Shown piece by piece: positions 1 to 8,955 of a stretch of 32,000 bases of DNA. Position 1 is the stretch's first letter. The number at the start of each line of letters is the position of its first letter. The stretch lies in contig NZ_CP080507.1 of NCBI RefSeq assembly GCF_019464535.1, positions 2,310,001 to 2,342,000 on the forward strand, written 5' to 3'. Made by a program: the position numbers and the translations under genes. Under the pieces are notes generated by a model. The model was not told where the DNA came from. It worked only from the letters and a program-made list of their open reading frames with translations, and searched no databases. Source of the stretch: Horticoccus luteus (GTDB taxonomy: Bacteria > Verrucomicrobiota > Verrucomicrobiia > Opitutales > Opitutaceae).

Positions 1-2485
1 CGAGGGTGAGTTGATCTTCAACAATCTCGCCCAACTCGCGAAGAACAAGCACCCCGTGAAACGCCTCTGGCTCTCGTCGATGACCAACGAGGGCATTCGC
101 GAGGCGTTCCGCCACCTGCGCGACGGCGCCGAGATGCAGGGCCTCGCCGATGCCGCCAAGTGCCGCAGCGAGAGCGATTGGCTGATCGGCATCAACGGCA
201 CCCGCGCCATCACCAAGCGCATGTTTGGCTCGCGCGCCGGCAACGTCGCGTCCGTCGGCCGCGTCCAGACGCCCACCCTCGCCATCGTTTACGCCCGCGA
301 GCTGGAAATCCGCAATTTTGTGCCGCGCGGCTACTGGCGCGTCACCGCGAAGTTCGGCGTCGCCAGCGGCAGCTACGAAGGCGTTTACCAACGTCCGCAT
401 TTTAAGAAGAGCAGCGACGAACACGACCGCGTCGACCGCATCTGGGAAAAAGCTCACGCCGAAGCCGTGCTCGCCGCCTGCCACGGCCAGCCGATGGCGT
501 CCGTCTCCGAAGAGAAGAAGGCCAGCACGCAAATCGCGCCGCGCCTCTACGACCTCACCACGCTCCAACGCGAGGCGAACGGCCGCTACGGCTTTTCCGC
601 GAAACGCACCCTGCAGATCGCGCAGGCGCTCTACGAAAAGCACAAGATGATCACCTACCCCCGCACCGACTCGCGGGCGCTGCCGGAGGATTATCTGCCC
701 GTCGTGCGGGAGACGCTCTCCAATGTGTCCGGCTCATTGCAGACCCACGCGCAAAAGGCCCTCGATCGCGGTTGGGTGCAGCTCAACAAACGCATCTTCA
801 ACAACGCCCAGGTCTCGGATCACTTCGCGATCATACCCACCGCCTACGAGGCCAAAAAACTCGACGAAGCTGAAACGAAGCTTTTCGACATGATTGCGCG
901 GCGCTTCGTCGCCGCCTTCTACCCGGCCGCAGAATTCGACGTCACCACGCGCTTGAGCGTGGTCGCCGATCACACGTTCAAGACCGAAGGCAAGGTGCTT
1001 ACCTCCGCCGGGTGGCTCGAGGTTTACGGCAAGACCTCGATCGACGACCGCGAAGATGCCGCCGCGCCCAACGCGAAATCCTTGCCCGCCCTCTCTGCCG
1101 CCGATGGCGGGCAGGCGAAAACCGAATCCGCCACGCTCCACGAGGAATCCACCAAACCGCCGCCGCGTTACACGGAAGCGACCCTCCTCTCCGCCATGGA
1201 AACCGCCGGCAAACTCGTCGACGACGAGGAACTCGCCGAAGCGATGAAAGAGCGCGGCCTCGGCACGCCGGCGACCCGCGCCGACACGATCGACGGGCTG
1301 ATCTACCAGAAATACATCGACCGCAATCAGCGCGAACTCGTGCCTTCCGCCAAAGCCGAGCAACTCATCCAGTTTCTCACCGCCGTGAAAGCCACCGACA
1401 TCACCAGTCCGGCGATGACCGGTGAGTGGGAATTTCAGTTGCGCGAGATGGAGCACCAGAAATTCTCCCGCGAAAAATTCATGGCGGAAATCGTCGCGAA
1501 CACCCGCGGGCTGGTGGAACGCGTCAAGGGTTTTGAAGAAGACGACTCCGTCGCCCGCGTCACCGACATCCCCTCGCCCACCGACGGCAAACCGCTCCGC
1601 GAAACGCTGCGCGGTTACAAATCCCAGGACGGCGAGTTCATGGTTTACAAGATCGTGGGCGGCCGCCGTCTCGAAGAATCCGAAATCCGCGAACTCGTCA
1701 CCCACGGCAAAGTCGGCCCGCTCGACGGCTTCGTCTCCGCGAAAACCCGCAACCGTTTTTCCGCCCTGCTGAAACTCGTGAAAGACGAGGAAGCCGGCAA
1801 ATGGAAGACCGAGTTCGACTTTGGCGACAAAGCCAACATCGGCGAACTCGTGCCGTTTTGGACCGACCCCGTGACCGGCGCCGAGCTTTGCGAAAACGGT
1901 TCCAGCTTCATCGTGCGCGAACGCGATCCCTCGTCGGAGAACGGTTGGAAGCAAACGTTTCGCGTCGGCCGCATCATGTGCCAGAAGACCATCACCGAAG
2001 AGATGGCCGTCGACCTGATCGCCAACGGCAAGACCGGCCTCATCCAGGGTTTCATTTCCAAGAAGGGCCGGCCATTCGACGCGTTTCTGAAACGCGAAGG
2101 CGCCCGCATCGCCTGGGAATTTCCGCCCCGCGCGCCGAAAATCGGCAAGGACGGCAAGCCCGTCGAGCGCAAGGCGCGCGCGAAGGTCAACCTCGCCGAC
2201 GCCCCCGTGCTGGGCCCAAGTCCCGCGCACGAAGGCGGCGAGCTCGTTGAACTCGACGGCACCTATTACGTCCGCAAACCCGATCAGGACAACCGGCAGG
2301 TGTTCAAGTTGACGAAGAAGCTCTGCGAACAGGAAATCAGTCCGGAGCAGGTCAAACAATTGCTGGCGGACGGAAAAACCGGTCTCATCGAGGGCTTCAC
2401 CTCGAAACGCGGCAACAAGTTCTCCGCCTACCTCGTGCTTTCGGCCAAGAAGGACAAAGCGGAGTTCGAGTTCCCGCCCCGGTAA
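1..2485 (+). CDS. topB: DNA topoisomerase III (type IA), 5'-truncated by the window edge
   Basis: The frame is open from the window edge (codons from nt 2); the ORF-track start at 11 is only an internal TTG. The translation has type IA core motifs: GRVQTPTL, MITYPRTDS (catalytic Tyr region), TKPPPRYTEATLL and GLGTPATRA. It also has three ~45-aa C-terminal repeats (GKxGxLxGFxSxxxxxFxAxL). The Toprim domain (~100 aa) must lie upstream. Stop is TAA 2483-2485. Confidence 0.9.
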   Translation, partial: EGELIFNNLAQLAKNKHPVKRLWLSSMTNEGIREAFRHLRDGAEMQGLADAAKCRSESDWLIGINGTRAITKRMFGSRAGNVASVGRVQTPTLAIVYARELEIRNFVPRGYWRVTAKFGVASGSYEGVYQRPHFKKSSDEHDRVDRIWEKAHAEAVLAACHGQPMASVSEEKKASTQIAPRLYDLTTLQREANGRYGFSAKRTLQIAQALYEKHKMITYPRTDSRALPEDYLPVVRETLSNVSGSLQTHAQKALDRGWVQLNKRIFNNAQVSDHFAIIPTAYEAKKLDEAETKLFDMIARRFVAAFYPAAEFDVTTRLSVVADHTFKTEGKVLTSAGWLEVYGKTSIDDREDAAAPNAKSLPALSAADGGQAKTESATLHEESTKPPPRYTEATLLSAMETAGKLVDDEELAEAMKERGLGTPATRADTIDGLIYQKYIDRNQRELVPSAKAEQLIQFLTAVKATDITSPAMTGEWEFQLREMEHQKFSREKFMAEIVANTRGLVERVKGFEEDDSVARVTDIPSPTDGKPLRETLRGYKSQDGEFMVYKIVGGRRLEESEIRELVTHGKVGPLDGFVSAKTRNRFSALLKLVKDEEAGKWKTEFDFGDKANIGELVPFWTDPVTGAELCENGSSFIVRERDPSSENGWKQTFRVGRIMCQKTITEEMAVDLIANGKTGLIQGFISKKGRPFDAFLKREGARIAWEFPPRAPKIGKDGKPVERKARAKVNLADAPVLGPSPAHEGGELVELDGTYYVRKPDQDNRQVFKLTKKLCEQEISPEQVKQLLADGKTGLIEGFTSKRGNKFSAYLVLSAKKDKAEFEFPPR

Positions 2486-2514
2486 CAAACCTGTCGGCCG
2501 TTATTCTTCCAACT

Positions 2515-2538
2515 CCCGCGCGGGTCACCCTGCGCGGG
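2515..2538 (+). terminator. GC-rich hairpin 30 nt after the topB stop (10-bp stem with one G-U pair, 4-nt loop), no U-tract
   Basis: cccgcgcggg-tcac-cctgcgcggg, read directly from the sequence. It lacks a trailing T-run, so an intrinsic-terminator function is uncertain. Confidence 0.3.
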
Positions 2539-2732
2539 AAGCGGCGACCACCCTCGGTTGCCGTGGCCAAAACCTCGCGAACATGGGCGACAGGCTCACT
2601 CATGCGTCTTGCACGGGATCAGCGCGGGCCGCGCGAATGTTCTTCGCGCAAACGACGACGAAAGCACGTGGTTTCGCGGCGCCCAGCGAAGCTTGAGTAA
2701 CTGGCGGCCGCAGCTTACGTCATCACCCCACC

Positions 2733-3719
2733 GTGAAATCCGCTAAAAACTACGTCCTCGTCCTGCTTCTCTTGGTCAGCATCGCCGGCGGATACGTTTC
2801 GTGGCGGGAATACAACGACCTTATTTCCCTGCGCGCCTCCGTCGCGGCCGCCCAGCAACGCGAAGCCTGGCAGAAGCGCGCCGCCCCCGCCACCGCCGTC
2901 GCCGCGCCCGCCGCCGCGGTGGCGCAGAAGGACTCGCCGGCGGAAGAGCCCGACGACGCCGGTTCCGCGGAGGACCACCGTCCAGACCGCCGCGGATCGC
3001 GCCGGTCCAGTATGCGCAGTTTCTTCGACAATCCCGAGGCGCAGAAGCTGGTCGCCATGCAGCAGCGCGCCGCCCTCGACGGGCATTACGCGACGCTTTT
3101 CAAGAAGCTCGCCCTCACGCCCGCCCAACTCGCGCAGTTCAAAAACCTGCTCGTCGAAAAGCAAAGCGCCTTGATCGATGTCGCCGCCGCCGCCCGGGCC
3201 CAAGGAATCAATCCCCGCACCGATCGCGATGAGTTCCGCCAGATGGTCACCCAGGCTCAGACGGAGGTTGATAACAACATCCGCTCCGTCCTCGGCGATG
3301 ATGGTTACGCCGATTATCAGCAGTATCAGAAAACGCTTCCCCAGCGCACCGCCGTCGACCAGTTCGCGCAGCGCCTGAGTTATACGTCGACTCCGCTCAC
3401 CGACGCCCAAACCGACCAACTGGTGCAGATTCTCGCCGACACCGCCGCGACCAATGCCAATCCCGCGTCCGGACTCTCCGCCCGCGGAAACATGCTCGCC
3501 TCGATGGGCGTTTCGATGGGCGGCGCTCAAATCTCCAACGAAGCCCTGACCCGTGCCCAAGGCGTGCTCTCGCCCGACCAGCTGACCGCCTTGCAAAACT
3601 ACCAGCAGGAGCAACTCCAGCAGCAGGAGCTCATGCGCTCCCTTCGCCAGCAACGCGAAGGCGCCGGCACCGCGCCGCCTCGGCCTTCCCCCAATGCCAC
3701 GGCACCGGGCGGCGGCTGA
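2733..3719 (+). CDS. Hypothetical membrane-anchored or secreted helical protein with three LTxxQ-like motifs and a Q-rich C-terminus
   Basis: GTG start. The N-terminal hydrophobic segment is MKSAKNYVLVLLLLVSIAGGYV. An A/P-rich linker follows, then helical sequence with LTPAQLAQF, LTDAQTDQL and LSPDQLTALQ. No enzyme motifs were recognised. GC3-rich codon usage matches the neighbouring genes. Confidence 0.6.
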   Translation: MKSAKNYVLVLLLLVSIAGGYVSWREYNDLISLRASVAAAQQREAWQKRAAPATAVAAPAAAVAQKDSPAEEPDDAGSAEDHRPDRRGSRRSSMRSFFDNPEAQKLVAMQQRAALDGHYATLFKKLALTPAQLAQFKNLLVEKQSALIDVAAAARAQGINPRTDRDEFRQMVTQAQTEVDNNIRSVLGDDGYADYQQYQKTLPQRTAVDQFAQRLSYTSTPLTDAQTDQLVQILADTAATNANPASGLSARGNMLASMGVSMGGAQISNEALTRAQGVLSPDQLTALQNYQQEQLQQQELMRSLRQQREGAGTAPPRPSPNATAPGGG

Positions 3720-3786
3720 CGTAAGTCAGGTTAAAAGCTTGTTCCAGCCGCGGGCGGGGCGAAGGATGTAGCCGCTTAATCTCACC

Positions 3787-4737
3787 ATGATCGTCACGAC
3801 CGCCCAACTCTTCAAGCATGCCTACGGCAAGTATGCCGTCGGCGCCTATAACATCAACAACGCCGAGCAGGCGATGGGGCTCTTCAAGGGAGCGATCCAA
3901 TCGCAGGCGCCGTTCATCATCCAAATCTCGAAAGGCGCGCGCAAATACACCGATAAACGGATGCTCGAAGCCGTCATCCGCGCCGCCGCCGAGATCTTCC
4001 CGGACGCGATCTTCGCCGTCCATCTCGATCACGGTGACGAGGAAACCTGCTACGATTGCATCAATTCCGGCTTTTATTCGTCGGTGATGATCGATGCCTC
4101 GCACGACCCGTTCGACGAAAACGTCGCGATCACCAAACGCGTCACCGACGCCGCCCACGCCAAAGGCATCTCCGTCGAAGCGGAGCTCGGCATGCTCGGC
4201 GGCGTCGAAGAAGATATCAAAGTCGAAGAGGGCAACGCCTGCCTCACCGATCCGGCCGAAGCCGAAAAATTCGTCAAGCTGACCGGCTGCGATTCCCTCG
4301 CCTGCGCGATCGGCACCTCTCACGGCGCGTTCAAGTTCAAGGGCAAGCAGTCCCTCCACTTCGACGTCCTGCAAAAAATCAAGAGCCGCCTCCCCGGCTT
4401 CCCGCTCGTCATGCACGGCTCTTCATCGGTGCCGAAGGACGAAGTCGATCGCATCAACGCCGCCGGCGGCCAGATCGCCGGCTCCATGGGCGTCGATCCC
4501 AACGAATATCTGCCCGCCGCCAAGCTCGGCGTCACCAAGGTCAATATCGACACCGATGGCCGCCTCGTTTGGACGCGCGTCCACCGCGAATTTTTCCGCG
4601 ACAAGCCGGGTGATTTCGACTTCCGCCCGCCGGGCAAAATCTTCATCGAGGAATACGCGAAATTCATCGCTGGTCGCAACGTCCTCCTCGGCAGCGCCAA
4701 TCAACTCGCCGACCTCCGCCAATCGCTCGCCAAGTAA
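3787..4737 (+). CDS. fba: Fructose-1,6-bisphosphate aldolase, class II
   Basis: 316 aa with class II FBA motifs: GAYNINN, PFIIQISKGARKY, VHLDHG, SVEAELG, AIGTSHGAFKF, LVMHGSS and NIDTD. Confidence 0.92.
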   Translation: MIVTTAQLFKHAYGKYAVGAYNINNAEQAMGLFKGAIQSQAPFIIQISKGARKYTDKRMLEAVIRAAAEIFPDAIFAVHLDHGDEETCYDCINSGFYSSVMIDASHDPFDENVAITKRVTDAAHAKGISVEAELGMLGGVEEDIKVEEGNACLTDPAEAEKFVKLTGCDSLACAIGTSHGAFKFKGKQSLHFDVLQKIKSRLPGFPLVMHGSSSVPKDEVDRINAAGGQIAGSMGVDPNEYLPAAKLGVTKVNIDTDGRLVWTRVHREFFRDKPGDFDFRPPGKIFIEEYAKFIAGRNVLLGSANQLADLRQSLAK

Positions 4738-4763
4738 GCGCGCCCGATTACTCTGCCCTGCTC

Positions 4764-4792
4764 AACCGGCGGTGACTCCCGCCGGTTTTTTT
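4764..4792 (+). terminator. Rho-independent terminator after fba
   Basis: aaccggcgg-tgactc-ccgccggtt forms a 9-bp stem. A T-run (ttttttt) follows immediately, 27 nt after the fba stop. Confidence 0.65.
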
Positions 4793-4803
4793 GCGCCCAT
4801 CGT

Positions 4804-5316
4804 CTAAATCAACGGCCAAAGCGCGGCGGCGAGATGCAGCACTACGCAGGTGGCCAGCGCGGCGGCGACATCGTCGATCACCACGCCCCATCCACCGACC
4901 AAGTGCTGCAGGCGCGCGATCCCGAATGGCTTCGTGATATCAAACACGCGAAACAAACCAAACCCAAGCACGGCCACGACCCAAGGCGGGAAAATGTGGA
5001 TCAGTTGAAACCACCCGAGAAAACACAGCGGCATCGCGACGAATTCATCCAGAATCACTTCGCCGGGATCTTTTCGCCCCATGCGCAATTCCGCTTCACC
5101 GCAAAGCGCGACCGCAAAATAGATCCCTATCACGCTCAAAACCACTGTGCCGAACAGGCCCAGCGAATAGAAGAAGACGACGAAATATAGCAGTCCCGCG
5201 ACCGAGCCCCACGTCCCCGGCGCCGGCAGCCGCTGGCCCAGCGCGCCCAACGTCGCACAATTGATCACCGTCCGCGTAGGCAGGAACCGCGGCCAAAGCG
5301 GTTGCTGGAGCTTCAT
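4804..5316 (-). CDS. pgpA: Phosphatidylglycerophosphatase A
   Basis: PgpA-family motifs are present: PGTWGS, DEFVAM, RVFDITKP and GVVIDDVAA. I chose the start ATG at 5316-5314 (MKLQQPLWPRF...). It overlaps the pgsA stop as ATGA. The longer ORF-track version (to 5472) would run 160 nt into pgsA. Confidence 0.8.
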   Translation of the reverse strand: MKLQQPLWPRFLPTRTVINCATLGALGQRLPAPGTWGSVAGLLYFVVFFYSLGLFGTVVLSVIGIYFAVALCGEAELRMGRKDPGEVILDEFVAMPLCFLGWFQLIHIFPPWVVAVLGFGLFRVFDITKPFGIARLQHLVGGWGVVIDDVAAALATCVVLHLAAALWPLI

Positions 5317-5903
5317 TCGTTGGCCCCGTCGAAAAACACGCCGCGATAACGGCTGATGTAACGCCCGCCTGACCACACCGCGAGAAACGTGCCGACGATG
5401 AATCCAAACAAGCCGATCTTTTGCACCCATTCCGTGAACACGCTTAAATCCTGCGGCCAAAAGTAAGCCCAATCCTGGGCGACCATCGGCGCGCCCAATA
5501 AAAACCCAAGCGCGATGAGCTGCGTCGCCGTCTTGCTCTTCCCGCCCTTGTCCGCCGCCACGATGACGCCTTTCGACGCCGCCACCATCCGCATCCCCGT
5601 GATGATAAACTCACGACAGAGCGTGATCAACGCGAGCGGCACCGGTATCTCGTGCTTGTCGACGAATGCGATGACCAGGCCGATGACCATGATCTTGTCG
5701 GTCAACGCGTCCATCAACTTGCCGAAGTTCGACACCAAACCCAGCCGCCGCGCCAGATAACCATCCAGCCCGTCGCCAATCGCGCAGGCGATGAACAGCC
5801 AGAACGCCAGCGACGCCGCCCCCAGCCACTCGCAATACATCAAACCCACGATGACGAACATCAGCGGTATGCGTGATAGCGTGATTAGGTTCGGAAGATT
5901 CAT
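5313..5903 (-). CDS. pgsA: CDP-diacylglycerol--glycerol-3-phosphate 3-phosphatidyltransferase
   Basis: The CDP-alcohol phosphatidyltransferase signature D-x2-DG-x2-AR-x8-G-x3-D-x3-D is present (GDGLDGYLARRLGLVSNFGKLMDALTDK). I chose the start ATG at 5903-5901 (MNLPNLITLSRIP...), a typical PgsA N-terminus. The upstream 51 codons of the track ORF look non-coding. Confidence 0.85.
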   Translation of the reverse strand: MNLPNLITLSRIPLMFVIVGLMYCEWLGAASLAFWLFIACAIGDGLDGYLARRLGLVSNFGKLMDALTDKIMVIGLVIAFVDKHEIPVPLALITLCREFIITGMRMVAASKGVIVAADKGGKSKTATQLIALGFLLGAPMVAQDWAYFWPQDLSVFTEWVQKIGLFGFIVGTFLAVWSGGRYISRYRGVFFDGANE

Positions 5904-6085
5904 CCGCAAAAGCGCCGTCACGAGACACAGCCCCGCCTCGAAATGCAATCTGGAACCCGCCCACCCCGTGCCTTCCACGCGGTCCCCGCCACCCGCCGTG
6001 TCGTTTCTCGCCCCCACGGGATTTCTGTTGTCATGTCTCCGCGCCACCGCGTCCATACCGGCGCCCCTCGTCCGCCTTTTCTTCC

Positions 6086-6565
6086 ATGCGCCACTGCATC
6101 TATCCCGGCACGTTCGATCCGATCACCTATGGCCATCTCGATGTGCTCGAGCGGGCCACCCGGCTCTTTGACCGCGTGACGGTGGCCATCGCCGATAATC
6201 CAGGGAAAAGCCCTCTGTTCACCGCCGCTCAACGCGCCGCCATGATCGCCCCGGTGGTGGAACGCTTCCCCAATGTCAGCATCGCGACCTTTGGCGGCTT
6301 GCTCGTGGAATTCGCCATCGCTCAAAAGGCCCAGGCCATCATCCGGGGATTGCGCGCCCTCTCCGATTTCGAATTCGAGTTCAACATGGCGTTGATGAAT
6401 CGACACCTCGAAGAACGCCTCGAAACGATTTTCGTCATGCCCAACGAGCAGTTCAGCTACACCAGCTCGTCGCTCGTCAAACAGGTCGCCCGCTACGGTG
6501 GCGATGTGTCGAAATTCGTGCCACCTCACGTCGCTGCCGCCCTGCGCCAAGCGTTCGGCCCCTGA
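6086..6565 (+). CDS. coaD: Phosphopantetheine adenylyltransferase
   Basis: 159 aa. The sequence MRHCIYPGTFDPITYGHLDV carries the T/HxGH nucleotidyltransferase motif. Length and the remaining sequence are typical of CoaD. Confidence 0.92.
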   Translation: MRHCIYPGTFDPITYGHLDVLERATRLFDRVTVAIADNPGKSPLFTAAQRAAMIAPVVERFPNVSIATFGGLLVEFAIAQKAQAIIRGLRALSDFEFEFNMALMNRHLEERLETIFVMPNEQFSYTSSSLVKQVARYGGDVSKFVPPHVAAALRQAFGP

Positions 6566-6786
6566 CGTTTGCGGCGCTCGCGTGTAGGGTCGGCGGCCCG
6601 GCTCGTCGCCTCTGCCGACGCCACCGCCTGCGTCGCCGTCCACCGCGCTTGGCCGCGTTTTCCGCAAAACTTGCCGTCACTTTTGGCGGCGACTGACGTC
6701 AACGACCAGACCGGCGCCTCTGCAACACAGCAGGCCGCATCGTTTTGGTTCGCCAGTCTTGAATCCTCACACTCTCTCTTCTTCTC

Positions 6787-8172
6787 ATGGCCAAATCGCA
6801 TAGCTCAGGCGGGATCGTTCTCGCCGTCGTGATCGTCGCGCTGCTTGCCGCCGGCGGTTGGTATTGGTTCAGCCACCGCGACTCCGCCCCGCCGGAATAC
6901 GCCACGGCCAAAATCGGCCGGGGCACCGTCACCCAGACGATTACCGCCACCGGCGGATTGCAACCGGTCACCAGCGTCGACGTCAGCAGCCAGATTTCCG
7001 GCCTCATCAACTCCGTGCAGGTCGATTTCAATTCGCCCGTCAAACAAGGCCAGGTGCTCGCCACCATCGATCCCGCCACCTACCAATCCCGGTTGCGTCA
7101 GGCCGAAGCCGACCTCGCCAACACCACGGCCAATCGCACGCTCGTCCGCCTCAACACCGAACGCACCCGCGAACTGCGCACCAAGAACCTCGTCACCCAA
7201 CAGGACCTTGACCAAGCCGAGGCCTTGCTCGCCCAAGCCGACGCTCAAGCGCAGATCAAGCAAGCGCTCGTCGATTCCGCCCGCGTCGATCTCGATCGCT
7301 GCACCATCAAATCGCCCATCGATGGCATCGTGATCGATCGCCTGGCCGAAGTCGGCAAGACCGTCGCCGCGAGCCTCAACGCCCCCACCCTCTTCACCAT
7401 CGCGAACGATCTTTCGAAAATGCAGATCAACGCCAACGTCGCCGAGGCTGACATCGGCAGCGTGGCCGACGGGCAGGACTCCACGTTCACCGTCGATGCC
7501 TATCCGGGGCGCCAGTTTCACGGCCGCGTTTCGCAGATTCGCAACGCGCCGATCACCGAGCAAAACGTCGTCACCTACATCACGCTCATCGACGTCAGTA
7601 ATGCCGATCTGAAACTCAAGCCCGGCATGACCGCCAACGTTTCCATCATCATCGCCAGCCGGCCCGATGCGCTGCGCCTCCCCAACGCGGCCCTGCGCGT
7701 CCGGATTCCCGACGACATGCTCGCGCCTGCACCCGCACCCGAGCCAGGCACGGCGCCCGCGCCCAAACCTCTCACCGACGACGAGCGCAAAGCGCAAATG
7801 GCGCAATTGATGCGCGATGCGGGCTTCACGCCCGGCAGCGGCCCGCCCTCCACCGAAGTGCGCGAGAAAATGCGCCAGCTCGCCAAAGAACGCGGGATCG
7901 ACCTCAGCGCGCTCCGCGGCCATCGCGGCGGCCACGACGCCACTCCCACCGGCCCCGTCACGCGCACGGTTTACCGCTTGGTGCGCCGCGGTAACGAGCC
8001 GCCGCAACCGCAGGCGCTCACCGTCAAACTCGGCATCAACGACGGCTCCTACACCGAAATCATCGACGGGCTGAAGGAAGGCGACGAGATCCTCACCAGC
8101 GCTTTCTTTCCCGAGGCGCAAGCCAGCGCACCTTCGTCGAGTCCCTTCGGCGGCGGTCGTCGCCGGTTTTAA
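6787..8172 (+). CDS. macA: Efflux periplasmic adaptor (HlyD/MFP family, MacA-like) with a P/A-rich insertion
   Basis: Evidence includes an N-terminal TM anchor and the lipoyl-like hairpin VSSQISGLINSVQVDFNSPVKQGQVLATID. A coiled-coil region, IKSPIDGIVIDRLAEVGKTV and the C-terminal GINDGSYTEIIDGLKEGDEI are also present. The gene lies directly upstream of MacB-type ATPase and permease genes. Confidence 0.85.
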   Translation: MAKSHSSGGIVLAVVIVALLAAGGWYWFSHRDSAPPEYATAKIGRGTVTQTITATGGLQPVTSVDVSSQISGLINSVQVDFNSPVKQGQVLATIDPATYQSRLRQAEADLANTTANRTLVRLNTERTRELRTKNLVTQQDLDQAEALLAQADAQAQIKQALVDSARVDLDRCTIKSPIDGIVIDRLAEVGKTVAASLNAPTLFTIANDLSKMQINANVAEADIGSVADGQDSTFTVDAYPGRQFHGRVSQIRNAPITEQNVVTYITLIDVSNADLKLKPGMTANVSIIIASRPDALRLPNAALRVRIPDDMLAPAPAPEPGTAPAPKPLTDDERKAQMAQLMRDAGFTPGSGPPSTEVREKMRQLAKERGIDLSALRGHRGGHDATPTGPVTRTVYRLVRRGNEPPQPQALTVKLGINDGSYTEIIDGLKEGDEILTSAFFPEAQASAPSSSPFGGGRRRF

Positions 8173-8182
8173 ATCTCCCGCC

Positions 8183-8950
8183 ATGCCCGCGGTCGTTCAA
8201 CTCGAAGAGATTCACAAGACCTACGACTCCGGCGAGGTGCAGGTCCGCGCCGTGCAAGGCGTCTCGCTGGCGATCGCCGCCGGCGAGTTCGTCGCCATGA
8301 TGGGCGCCAGCGGTTCGGGCAAGTCCACGCTCATGAACTTGCTCGGCTGCCTCGATCGGCCCACCAGTGGCCGCTACCTGCTCGACGGCGTCGATGTATC
8401 CGACCTCGGCCGCAACGAACGCGCCGATATCCGCAACCAGAAACTGGGCTTCGTCTTCCAAGGGTTCAACCTCCTCAGTCGCACGACCGCGCTCGAAAAC
8501 GTCGAACTGCCGCTTCTCTACGGGCCGCGCCGCGTCACCGGCCGCGCCCTGCGCGATCGCGCCCTGAAATGCCTCGACATCGTCGGCCTCGCCAATCGCG
8601 CCGGTCATTTTCCCAATCAACTCTCCGGCGGACAACAACAGCGCGTGGCGATCGCGCGCGCCCTCGTCAACCAGCCGCAGATCCTCCTCGCCGATGAACC
8701 GACCGGCAATCTCGACAGCAAAACCTCCGTCGAGGTCATGGGCGTTTTCCAAAAGCTCAACGACGAGGGCATCACGATCGTGATGGTCACGCACGAACTC
8801 GACATCGCCCAATATTGCCGTCGCAACCTCGTGATGCGCGACGGCCGGATTGTCAGCGATGCGCCCGTCGCCGCCCGGCTTCTGGCCGAAGATGAGATGC
8901 GCAAACTCCGCGAGGCCGAAACCGCCGCGAAACTCACCAGCCACGACTGA
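8183..8950 (+). CDS. ABC transporter ATP-binding protein, MacB/LolD type
   Basis: Walker A is GASGSGKST, the signature is LSGGQQQRVAIARAL, Walker B is ILLADEPTGNLD and the H-loop is VTHE. 255 aa. Confidence 0.9.
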   Translation: MPAVVQLEEIHKTYDSGEVQVRAVQGVSLAIAAGEFVAMMGASGSGKSTLMNLLGCLDRPTSGRYLLDGVDVSDLGRNERADIRNQKLGFVFQGFNLLSRTTALENVELPLLYGPRRVTGRALRDRALKCLDIVGLANRAGHFPNQLSGGQQQRVAIARALVNQPQILLADEPTGNLDSKTSVEVMGVFQKLNDEGITIVMVTHELDIAQYCRRNLVMRDGRIVSDAPVAARLLAEDEMRKLREAETAAKLTSHD

Positions 8951-8955
8951 CCGCC

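Noticed and set aside
734-2488. A 584-aa minus-strand ORF antisense to topB. Similar antisense ORFs occur at 2715-3653, 3631-4416, 6805-8184, 8093-8944, 9346-10233, 10022-10894, 11084-11896, 11652-12776, 12625-13341 and 13991-14704.
   Set aside because: These have the same shadow-ORF signature. The opposite-strand frames carry unambiguous enzyme or transporter motifs.
2631-2649. Small hairpin gcgcgaa-tgttc-ttcgcgc in the topB-downstream intergenic region.
   Set aside because: The 7-bp stem has no U-tract and no recognisable context. Such hairpins are expected by chance in GC-rich DNA.
5317-5472. N-terminal extension of the pgpA ORF (track start 5472), and likewise of pgsA (5904-6056).
   Set aside because: The extensions are R/G/V-rich and non-homologous-looking. 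The pgpA extension would overlap pgsA by 160 nt. The internal ATGs give canonical N-termini (MKLQQPLW..., MNLPNLITLSRIP...).
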